From: a virus
Lineage: Duplodnaviria; Heunggongvirae; Uroviricota; Caudoviricetes
Virus record (IMG/VR): IMGVR_UViG_2740892233_000014
Direction: 5' to 3' (one strand)
Length of the DNA: 8,644 nucleotides
This document shows, piece by piece, positions 1 to 6,396 of this stretch. The notes beneath the pieces are model-generated. The model saw only the letters and a list, made by a program, of their open reading frames with translations. It made no database searches and was not told where the DNA came from. How positions within the stretch are numbered: position 1 is the stretch's first letter; each line of letters opens with the position of its first letter. The translations under genes and the position numbers were made by a program.

Positions 1-56
1 GCCAGTTACGACAACGTGGACTACAGCCAGATCCCGGCAGGATTCAGGGGGTGATC

Positions 57-545
57 ATGAGTCTTTTGAATGAAGTTCAGAAATTCATTGAAGCCCATCC
101 GGGGTGTACTTCCGGAGACATTGCGGATGCTTTTGCAGGTTACTCACGGCAGCGCGTTCTGCAGTATGCAAGCAAGTTACGTCAGAGTGGGCGTGTGGCT
201 CACCGTTGTGAAGGAGATACACGCAGACATTTCCCGCGCCTGACTGAGAGAGCGAAGGAGCCGGAACCACAACCAGTTCGTGAAACCAGACCTGTGCGCA
301 ATTTCTATGTCGGCACTAACGATCCCCGGGTAATTTTGTGCCTGACCCGCCAGGCGGAAGAACTGGAGTCCAGGGGCTTATACCGTCGTGCTGCAACGGT
401 GTGGATGGCGGCATTCCGTGAAAGCCACTCCCAGTCAGAACGAAACAATTTTCTGGCGCGCCGTGAGCGGTGCTTACGGAAAAGCAGCAAGCGCGCTGTA
501 TCGGGTGATGAGTGGTATCTGTCAGGGAATTACGTGGGGGCTTAA
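57..545 (+). CDS. PerC-like transcriptional regulator family protein (N-terminal helix-turn-helix-like region plus PerC-like C-terminal motif)
   Basis: ORF 51..545; likely start is ATG 57 with GGGGG Shine-Dalgarno at 46-50. C-terminal segment EELESRGLYRRAATVWMAAF resembles the PerC-family motif recalled from memory. Stop TAA overlaps the next start (TAATG at 543-547). Confidence 0.4.
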   Translation: MSLLNEVQKFIEAHPGCTSGDIADAFAGYSRQRVLQYASKLRQSGRVAHRCEGDTRRHFPRLTERAKEPEPQPVRETRPVRNFYVGTNDPRVILCLTRQAEELESRGLYRRAATVWMAAFRESHSQSERNNFLARRERCLRKSSKRAVSGDEWYLSGNYVGA

Positions 546-1198
546 TGAGTAATAAATATTGCCAGGCGTTGGTGGAACTGCGGAACAAACCAGCCCATGA
601 ACTGAAGGAAGTGGGCGATCAGTGGCGCACGCCGGACAACATTTTCTGGGGAATTAACACCTTGTTTGGTCCGTTTGTTCTGGATCTGTTCACTGACGGT
701 GATAACGCCAAATGTGCTGCGTATTACACGGCGGAAGACAACGCGCTGGCGCATGACTGGTCAGAACGTCTTGCGGAGCTTAAAGGGGCTGCCTTTGGTA
801 ATCCCCCATACAGCCGCGCCAGTCAGCATGAGGGGCAATACATCACCGGCATGCGTTACATCATGAAACATGCCAGTGCCATGCGTGATAAGGGGGGGCG
901 CTATGTTTTCCTGATCAAAGCTGCCACCAGCGAAGTGTGGTGGCCGGAAGATGCGGACCATATTGCTTTTATTCGCGGGCGTATTGGTTTTGAACTGCCT
1001 GCCTGGTTTATCCCGAAGGACGAGAAGCAGGTGCCGACAGGAGCTTTTTTCGCTGGTGCTATTGCTGTTTTTGACAAGACCTGGAAGGGACCGGCAATCA
1101 GCTACATCGGGCGCGATGAACTTGAGGCATGTGGTGAGGCCTTTCTGGCGCAGGTTCGCCAGCAGGCAGAAAAACTGGTCAGGGAGATGGCGGCATGA
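545..1198 (+). CDS. phage-type DNA N6-adenine methyltransferase (Dam-like)
   Basis: ORF frame 512..1198 with ATG 545 preceded by GGGGG. Contains the NPPY catalytic motif (GNPPYSRA) typical of N6-adenine methyltransferases; length and position in a nin-like region fit phage Dam. Confidence 0.75.
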   Translation: MSNKYCQALVELRNKPAHELKEVGDQWRTPDNIFWGINTLFGPFVLDLFTDGDNAKCAAYYTAEDNALAHDWSERLAELKGAAFGNPPYSRASQHEGQYITGMRYIMKHASAMRDKGGRYVFLIKAATSEVWWPEDADHIAFIRGRIGFELPAWFIPKDEKQVPTGAFFAGAIAVFDKTWKGPAISYIGRDELEACGEAFLAQVRQQAEKLVREMAA

Positions 1199-1521
1199 CG
1201 ACGTTAACTCAATGCCAGCAGCAGGTGCTGGATATGCTGATTTCTTATCAGAAAGAACGTGGCTTCCCGCCAACCAATCAGGAGGTGGCAACCATGCTGG
1301 GATACCGTTCGGTGAATGCAGCGGTGGAGCATCTTCGCGCACTGGAGAAAAAAGGCGTCATCACGATAAAGCGTGGTGTGGCCCGGGGGATCACGCTTCA
1401 TACCGCGGTGAAGGACGACGACAGCGAGGCGGTCGGGATTATCCGCTCACTGCTTGCCGGTGAGGAAAACGCAAGGCTGCGTGCAACTCACTGGTTACAT
1501 GAGAGAGGCCTGAAAGTATGA
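1195..1521 (+). CDS. LexA N-terminal DNA-binding-domain paralog lacking the autoprotease domain
   Basis: 108 aa. N-terminal 70 residues align closely with E. coli LexA residues 1-70 (LTxxQQxV...G.PPT..E.A..LG.RS.NAA.EHL.AL..KGVI.I....ARGI.L). No Ala-Gly cleavage site or Ser/Lys S24 peptidase domain. ATGA overlap with the Dam stop (1195-1198) and with the rusA start (1518-1521). Confidence 0.65.
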   Translation: MTTLTQCQQQVLDMLISYQKERGFPPTNQEVATMLGYRSVNAAVEHLRALEKKGVITIKRGVARGITLHTAVKDDDSEAVGIIRSLLAGEENARLRATHWLHERGLKV

Positions 1522-1907
1522 AGCTGATCCTGCCTTTCCCGCCCAGCGTGAACACGTACTGGCGACACCCCAACAAAGGGGCATTTGCTGGTAAGAGCCT
1601 GATAAGCGAGGCGGGGCGAAAATTTCAGAGCGCGGCGTGCGCAGCAATAGTTGAGCAGTTACGTCGTCTGCCGAAACCAACGTCGGCACCTGCTTCAGTG
1701 GAGATCGTGTTGTTTCCTCCGGATAACCGGATCCGCGATCTGGACAACTATAACAAGGCGCTGTTTGACGCCCTGACCCACGCGGGTGTGTGGGAAGACG
1801 ACAGCCAGGTGAAAAGAATGCTGGTGGAGTGGGGACCGGTTATCCCGAAAGGGAAGGTCGAGATCACTATCAGTAAGTATGAGAAACCGGCGGGTGCAGC
1901 CGCCTGA
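1518..1907 (+). CDS. rusA: RusA-family Holliday junction resolvase
   Basis: 129 aa. Motif RIRDLDNYNKALFDALTHAGVWEDDSQV matches the RusA catalytic-Asp region (RRDLDN..KA.FDALT). ATGA overlap with the upstream gene. Confidence 0.8.
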   Translation: MKLILPFPPSVNTYWRHPNKGAFAGKSLISEAGRKFQSAACAAIVEQLRRLPKPTSAPASVEIVLFPPDNRIRDLDNYNKALFDALTHAGVWEDDSQVKRMLVEWGPVIPKGKVEITISKYEKPAGAAA

Positions 1908-1926
1908 TTAAGAGGAGAAACGAAGT

Positions 1927-1951
1927 ATGAATAATCTGATGGTCATTGATG
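1927..1951 (+). CDS. 5' fragment of KilA-N gene (first copy, cut by contig end at gap)
   Basis: ATG 1927 preceded by AAGAGGAG; identical to the start of the 2041 gene; terminated by the N10 gap at 1952-1961. Confidence 0.5.
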
Positions 1952-1961
1952 NNNNNNNNNN
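1952..1961. other. assembly gap (N10) with about 100-bp duplicated flanks
   Basis: Run of 10 N; 1845-1951 is repeated at 1962-2066 with substitutions. Confidence 0.9.
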
Positions 1962-2021
1962 GAAGGGAAGGTCGAGATCACTATCAGTAAGTACGAGAAA
2001 ACGGCGGGTGCAGCCGCCTGA
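1962..2021 (+). other. duplicated variant of rusA 3' end (contig-overlap artefact)
   Basis: Repeats 1845-1907 with two substitutions (tatgagaaaccgg vs tacgagaaaacgg) immediately after an N10 gap. Confidence 0.6.
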
Positions 2022-2040
2022 TTAAGAGGAGAAACGAAGT

Positions 2041-2794
2041 ATGAATAATCTGATGGTCATTGATGGTATTGAAGTTCGTCGTGATGCTTATGGGCGTTAC
2101 AGCCTGAACGATCTGCACAGGGCAGCCGGGGGAGAACAAAAAAAACGCCCGAAATACTGGCTCTCCAATAAGCAAACCTGTGAATTGATTGAACAACTTT
2201 TCACCGAGGGTGGAATTCCGCCTCTGGAAAAGAATCAACCAGTTAGCGTTATTAATGGCGGAAATAACCAGGGGACGTATGTCTGCAAAGAACTGGTGTA
2301 TGCCTATGCAATGTGGATCAGCCCGTCATTCCATCTGAAGGTGATCCGTACTTTCGATATGGTAACCAGCGCACCGGAAAAATTATCCGGGCAGGCTGCT
2401 GACAAGATGCAGGCTGGTGTGATTCTGCTGGACTTTATGCGTCGGGAGTTAAACCTGTCTAACTCATCTGTGCTTGGTGCCTGTCAGAAACTCCAGGAGG
2501 CTGTTGGCTTACCGAATCTGGCACCGCGCTATGCCATTGATGCTCCTGCTGACGCGCCTGATGGCTCAAGCCGTCCCACGCTGTCACTGAGTGCACTGCT
2601 GAAGCAGTATGGTATCCGCCTGACAGCTAATCAGGCATATCACCAGATGGTGAAGCTGGGGATCGTCGAGCAGCGCGAACGATACAGCCGTACCGCGATT
2701 AACAACATCAAAAAATTCTGGTCGCTGACAGCGAAAGGCTGCATGTTCGGCAAGAACATCACCAGTCCCGCAAATCCGCGCGAGACGCAGCCGC
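2041..2794 (+). CDS. KilA-N domain / antirepressor C-terminal (ANT-C-like) protein, Roi-like; 3' end interrupted by gap
   Basis: ATG 2041 with AAGAGGAG Shine-Dalgarno. N-terminus MNNLMVIDGIEVRRDAYGRYSLNDLHRAAGG...KRPKYWL is KilA-N-like; C-terminal part (LSLSALLKQYGIRLTANQAYHQMVKLGIVEQRE...AKGCMFGKNI) resembles the phage antirepressor KilAC/ANT C-terminal domain. Reading frame runs into the N10 gap at 2795-2804, so the true 3' end is unknown. Confidence 0.6.
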
Positions 2795-2804
2795 NNNNNN
2801 NNNN
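2795..2804. other. assembly gap (N10)
   Basis: Run of 10 N inside the KilA-N reading frame; flanks duplicated. Confidence 0.9.
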
Positions 2805-2948
2805 CGAAGCTGGGGATCGTTGAACAACGTGAACGATACAGCCGCACTGCGATTAACAACATCAAAAAATTCTGGTCGCTGACGGCGAAAGGCTGCATGT
2901 TCGGCAAGAACATCACCAGTCCCGCAAATCCGCGCGAGACGCAGCCGC
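2805..2948 (+). other. divergent duplicate of KilA-N gene 3' region (short contig between gaps)
   Basis: About 144 bp, near-identical to 2651-2794 with several substitutions; bounded by N10 gaps on both sides. Confidence 0.6.
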
Positions 2949-2958
2949 NNNNNNNNNN
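2949..2958. other. assembly gap (N10)
   Basis: Run of 10 N; joins unrelated gene fragments that share only agacgcagccg. Confidence 0.9.
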
Positions 2959-3128
2959 ATGGGTTAAGACGCAGCCGTGCGCATGTTGTGGAAAACCTGC
3001 TGATGATCCCCACCACCTGATAGGTCACGGTCAGGGTGGAATGGCTACAAAAGCGCATGACCTCTTTGTGTTGCCTTTGTGCAGAAAGCATCACGACGAG
3101 CTGCATGCGGATACCGTGGCATTTGAAG
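2959..3128 (+). other. divergent duplicate of DUF968 Cys/His-motif region (short contig between gaps)
   Basis: Encodes WVKTQPCACCGKPADDPHHLIGHGQGGMATKAHDLFVLPLCRKHHDELHADTVAFE, a variant of 4227-4395 (GQCGMGTK in the main copy). Confidence 0.6.
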
Positions 3129-3138
3129 NNNNNNNNNN
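3129..3138. other. assembly gap (N10)
   Basis: Run of 10 N. Confidence 0.9.
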
Positions 3139-3309
3139 GTTCCCTGAGCTGTTAAAGCTGCTCGATACCGTTCATTGAGGTGACCGTGAGAGCGCTACTG
3201 ACCCCTGAAATTGCCCCGCGTATGGGGATCGTATTGTTCAGGCCCGGTTCAGAGCTGATGCCCCTGTTTATGCAGGGGCGTGTCCTGCTGGAGCCTGAGC
3301 CGGAACGTT

Positions 3310-3319
3310 NNNNNNNNNN
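3310..3319. other. assembly gap (N10)
   Basis: Run of 10 N; 3139-3309 is repeated at 3320-3489 with substitutions. Confidence 0.9.
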
Positions 3320-3360
3320 ATTCCCTGAGCTGTTAAAGCTGCTCGATACCGTTCATTGAG

Positions 3361-4469
3361 GTGACCGTGAGAGCACTACTGACCCCTGAAATTGCCCCGC
3401 GTATGGGGATCGTATTGTTCAGGCCAGGTTCAGAGCTGATGCCCCTGTTTATGCAGGGGCGTGTCCTGCTGGAGCCTGAGCCGGAACGTTATTCATCTTT
3501 CGCCAGTGGTGCCGTTCCGGCGGCATCACAACCGCTGGCGGATGATCCTGCCGTTCGGGCCGTGTTCCGCAATGAGGCAGTGATTCGTCGTGCTGGTGGA
3601 GTGGAATGTCTTGAACGCTGGTTACTTCGTGAAAAAGGTTGCCAGTGGCCTCATTCCGACTGGCACAGCGAGAACATGACCACAATGCGACACACGCCGG
3701 GCGCAATCCGTCTGTGCTGGCACTGCGATAACCAGCTGCGCGATCAGTTCACGGAACGGCTGGAATCAATGGCAACGGATAACTGTGCCCGCTGGGTGTT
3801 GTCTGTCGTGCGTCGGGATCTCGGTTTTGATGACAGTCACGTTGTGACAATGCCGGAACTGTGCTGGTGGCTGATTCGTAATGATCTGGCGGATGCCTTA
3901 CCGGAAAGTGCAGCCCGTAAGGTACTGAGATTACCGAAGCCTGTTGTGCCGTCTGTCACCCGGGAAAGTGACCTTGTGCCTTCGGTTNNNNNNNNNNCCT
4001 GGCGGATGCCTTACCGGAAAGTGCAGCCCGTAAGGCACTGAGATTACCGAAGCCTGTTGTGCCGTCTGTCACCCGGGAAAGTGACCTTGTGCCTTCGGTT
4101 CCTGCCACCAGCATCATCCAGGATAAAGCGAAAAAGGTGCTGGCGCTGAAAGTGGATCCGGAGTCGCCGGAGTCTTTTATGTTACGCCCAAAACGTCGCC
4201 GCTGGGTTAATGAAAAGTACACGCGCTGGGTTAAGACACAGCCGTGTGCATGTTGTGGAAAGCCCGCTGATGATCCCCACCACCTGATAGGCCACGGTCA
4301 GTGTGGAATGGGTACAAAAGCGCATGACCTTTTTGTGTTGCCTTTGTGCAGAAAGCATCACGACGAGCTGCATGCGGATACCGTGGCATTTGAAGAGAAG
4401 TATGGCTCTCAGCTGGAGCTGATATTTCGTTTTATCGATCGTGCGCTGGCAATTGGCGTACTGGCGTAA
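3361..4469 (+). CDS. DUF968-family protein (YdfU-like) with C-terminal HNH-like Cys/His motif; contains an assembly gap and duplicated flank
   Basis: ORFs 3361..4041 and 4059..4469 join in frame if the N10 gap (3988-3997) and the duplicated 103 bp (3998-4100) are collapsed, giving about 331 aa. GTG start at 3361 or 3367, with GAGG at 3358-3361. C-terminus has CxxC...HH...C-x2-HH-x3-H. Family name recalled from E. coli prophage annotation. Confidence 0.6.
3988..3997. other. assembly gap (N10) inside DUF968 gene
   Basis: Run of 10 N; about 97 bp before the gap is repeated in 3998-4100 with one substitution (gtactgag vs gcactgag). Confidence 0.9.
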
Positions 4470-4482
4470 GTGGAGAACGAGC

Positions 4483-5235
4483 ATGAACCTTGAAGCCTTA
4501 CCGAAATATTACTCCCCGAAATCTCCAAAACTGAGCGATGACGCACCGGCGACAGGCTCTGGTGGTTTAACAATTACGGATGTGATGGCTGCGCAGGGGA
4601 TGGTGCAGTCAAAAGCAACGCTTGGGTTTGCTTTATTCCTGGCAAAAGTTGGTGTTCAGGATCCTCAGTTTGCGATTGAAGGTCTGCTCAATTACGCGAT
4701 GGCACTGGATAACCCGACATTGAATAAATTGAGTGAAGAAACCCGGCTACAGATCATTCCTTACCTTGTGAATTTTGCCTTTGCTGATTATTCCAGGTCT
4801 GCGGCAAGTAAGGCTCGCTGTGAGCATTGTGCTGGTACTGGATTTCATAATGTATTGCGCGAGGTGGTGAAACACTCCAGAAGCGGGGAATCTGTTATTA
4901 AGGAAGAGTGGGTGAAGGAACTATGTCAGCATTGTCATGGTAAGGGAGAAGTCAGCACAGCATGCAGAGGGTGCAAGGGTAAAGGTATTGTCCTGGATGA
5001 AAAAAGAACCCGGCTTCATGGCACGCCTGTTTATAAGGTTTGTGGGCGTTGCAATGGAAACCGGTTTAGCCGTTTACCAACCACACTGGCGCGGCTTCAT
5101 GTCCAGAAGCTGGTACCAGACCTGACGGATTATCAGTGGTACAAAGGATATGCAGATGTCATTGATAAACTGGTTACAAAGTGCTGGCAGGAAGAAGCAT
5201 ATGCAGAGATACAATTGAGAAAGGTGACAAGATAA
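4483..5235 (+). CDS. Q: lambda-type antitermination protein Q (copy 1)
   Basis: 250 aa; ATG 4483 with GGAG at 4472-4475. N-terminal SPKSPKLSDDAPATGSGGLTITDVMAAQGM and C-terminal ...QLRKVTR parallel lambda Q (SPKSP...TDVMAA...AVTR, from memory). Cys-rich zinc-binding region present. Followed by a pR'-like promoter. Confidence 0.8.
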   Translation: MNLEALPKYYSPKSPKLSDDAPATGSGGLTITDVMAAQGMVQSKATLGFALFLAKVGVQDPQFAIEGLLNYAMALDNPTLNKLSEETRLQIIPYLVNFAFADYSRSAASKARCEHCAGTGFHNVLREVVKHSRSGESVIKEEWVKELCQHCHGKGEVSTACRGCKGKGIVLDEKRTRLHGTPVYKVCGRCNGNRFSRLPTTLARLHVQKLVPDLTDYQWYKGYADVIDKLVTKCWQEEAYAEIQLRKVTR

Positions 5236-5266
5236 ATGGTTTTCGCCGAAGATGACGACATGATGC

Positions 5267-5310
5267 TTGCATTTTTCAAAAAATATGGATAAGATTTTCC
5301 CAACGATGGG
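5267..5310 (+). promoter_or_regulatory. pR'-like late promoter with promoter-proximal pause / Q-utilisation element
   Basis: TTGCAT (5267-5272), 17-bp spacer, TAAGAT (5290-5295), 6 nt, then AACGATGGG (5302-5310). This reproduces the lambda pR' arrangement TAAATT-N6-AACGATGGG, where AACGAT is the pause-inducing -10-like element. Confidence 0.65.
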
Positions 5311-5343
5311 CTTTGTATGTCTACCGTTGATAAGATTTAAGAA

Positions 5344-5366
5344 CCCGCCGATGCGCGGGTTTTTTT
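5344..5366 (+). terminator. intrinsic terminator (tR'-like)
   Basis: CCCGC / GCGGG stem with 6-nt loop, followed by a 7-T run; about 40-60 nt downstream of the inferred start site. Confidence 0.6.
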
Positions 5367-5405
5367 GTACCCAGAATCCTGTGAGCTATACGGAAAGTAC
5401 ACAGA

Positions 5406-5415
5406 NNNNNNNNNN
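5406..5415. other. assembly gap (N10)
   Basis: Run of 10 N; downstream sequence is a variant of the DUF968 3' end. Confidence 0.9.
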
Positions 5416-5476
5416 CCAGCTGGAGCTGATATTTCGTTTTATCGATCGTGCACTGGCAATTGGCGTGCTGGCCTGA
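5416..5476 (+). other. 3' end of a second DUF968 gene copy (variant), truncated by gap
   Basis: Encodes ...QLELIFRFIDRALAIGVLA then TGA at 5474-5476; same peptide as 4412-4469 with substitutions. Confidence 0.6.
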
Positions 5477-5493
5477 TTTTGTGGAGAAAGTTG

Positions 5494-5835
5494 ATGCGTG
5501 ATATGTATGAAGTATTGGACCGCTGGGGTGCATGGGCTGCAGCAGATAACAGTGGTGTGGACTGGCAGCCTGTTGCTGCAGGGTTTAAAGGTTTACTACC
5601 TCATGGAAAGAAAACACGCCAACAATGCGATGATGATGAAGGAATCATGATTGACAGCTGTGTTGCGCGATTGCGGAAATATAAGCCCGAAGAGTATGAG
5701 TTGGTTATTGCTCATTTTGTTATCGGCATCTCACTAAGAACTATTGCAAAGAAGCAGAAGTGTTCTGATGGGACAATAAGAAAAGAGTTGCAAACAGCTC
5801 TTGGTTTTCTGGATGGTGTGCTTTCAATGTTGTAA
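5494..5835 (+). CDS. phage-82/QuuD-type antitermination protein Q
   Basis: 114 aa; ATG 5494 with GGAG at 5483-5486. MRDMYEVLDRWGAWAA...AAGFKGLLP...CDDD...CSDG resembles E. coli DLP12 QuuD / phage 82 Q as recalled from memory. Stop TAA at 5833-5835. Confidence 0.65.
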   Translation: MRDMYEVLDRWGAWAAADNSGVDWQPVAAGFKGLLPHGKKTRQQCDDDEGIMIDSCVARLRKYKPEEYELVIAHFVIGISLRTIAKKQKCSDGTIRKELQTALGFLDGVLSML

Positions 5836-5840
5836 TATTA

Positions 5841-5863
5841 GGGGGAATTACCCCCCTTTTTTT
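5841..5863. terminator. GC hairpin plus T7 tract at Q / AT-island junction (possible bidirectional terminator)
   Basis: GGGGG-AATTA-CCCCCC followed by TTTTTTT on the + strand. The stop codon and last codons (KKGG) of the minus-strand membrane gene lie inside this hairpin. Confidence 0.5.
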
Positions 5864-6396
5864 CTCTGTTGCTTTAATAAAATTTTAATATTTTGTCTGA
5901 TTATGATGAGGCAATGTAATAAAAGAAATACCGTTAGTATTGCAAGCCATACGCAAAATAAGCATGCATATAAATTAGTTGAAAGTCCAATAGTGAATTG
6001 TGCAATTGCTGTTGTGATAGAACATAATATTGATGTATTAATAAATGAGGATAAATTGTCTAAAGGTTTATAAAGTACACTATCATTGATTTTGTCAATA
6101 GGTATACCAGTGGCAATGCTATAAATTTCCTTATATTCCTGAGTTGCAAAAACCTTATCGCGTAAATTTATTATGACAAAGGTATGCAGGCTCAATAAAA
6201 ATGAGCCCACGGAAATAAAACCGGAGAAGAGATAGCCTCGTAAGTTTTTATGATAAAACTCAAAAAAGTTAACACTTACTTTAGGTGTGTTTCTGTACAA
6301 TAGGTAAAGTGCAAGCAATGCCAGGATCGAGAATGCAAGCAGTGTAAGGTACTGATACCTCAATCTTTTATTTATTAGCCATTCATATAAAGGCAT
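5848..6396 (-). CDS. hypothetical small integral membrane protein (about 4 predicted transmembrane helices, basic C-terminal tail)
   Basis: 182-aa ORF in DNA of roughly 25-30% GC, where stop codons are frequent and a long ORF is unlikely by chance. Hydrophobic stretches at about residues 16-34, 55-77 and 123-166 (two helices); C-terminus RQNIKILLKQQRKKGG. Start overlaps the upstream gene by 14 nt. Confidence 0.7.
   Translation of the reverse strand: MPLYEWLINKRLRYQYLTLLAFSILALLALYLLYRNTPKVSVNFFEFYHKNLRGYLFSGFISVGSFLLSLHTFVIINLRDKVFATQEYKEIYSIATGIPIDKINDSVLYKPLDNLSSFINTSILCSITTAIAQFTIGLSTNLYACLFCVWLAILTVFLLLHCLIIIRQNIKILLKQQRKKGG

Noticed and set aside
761-1463. Long overlapping ORFs 761..1342 (-) and 951..1463 (+) across the Dam and LexA-domain genes
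   Set aside because: They overlap well-supported + strand genes with clear family motifs; their translations are low-complexity and Arg/Gly/Pro-rich, typical of out-of-frame readings of GC-rich coding DNA.
2584-3106. Minus-strand ORFs 2584..2916 and 2759..3106, and + ORF 2897..3178
   Set aside because: All read through N10 gaps (X residues) and duplicated contig ends; they are artefacts of the concatenated scaffold, not genes.
1845-4100. Apparent tandem direct repeats of 60-170 bp
   Set aside because: Every repeat pair is separated by exactly 10 N and differs by a few substitutions; this is the signature of overlapping or variant contig ends joined by a scaffolder, not biological tandem duplication or a CRISPR-like array.
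4182-4484. Minus-strand ORF 4182..4484 opposite the DUF968 C-terminus
   Set aside because: Antisense to a conserved coding region; a near-identical spurious frame appears opposite the duplicate fragment, indicating a frame shadow rather than a gene.
5801-6073. Plus-strand ORF 5801..6073 in the AT-rich island
   Set aside because: Overlaps the Q stop and the terminator hairpin, is antisense to the membrane-protein gene, and its translation is Cys/Phe-rich nonsense.
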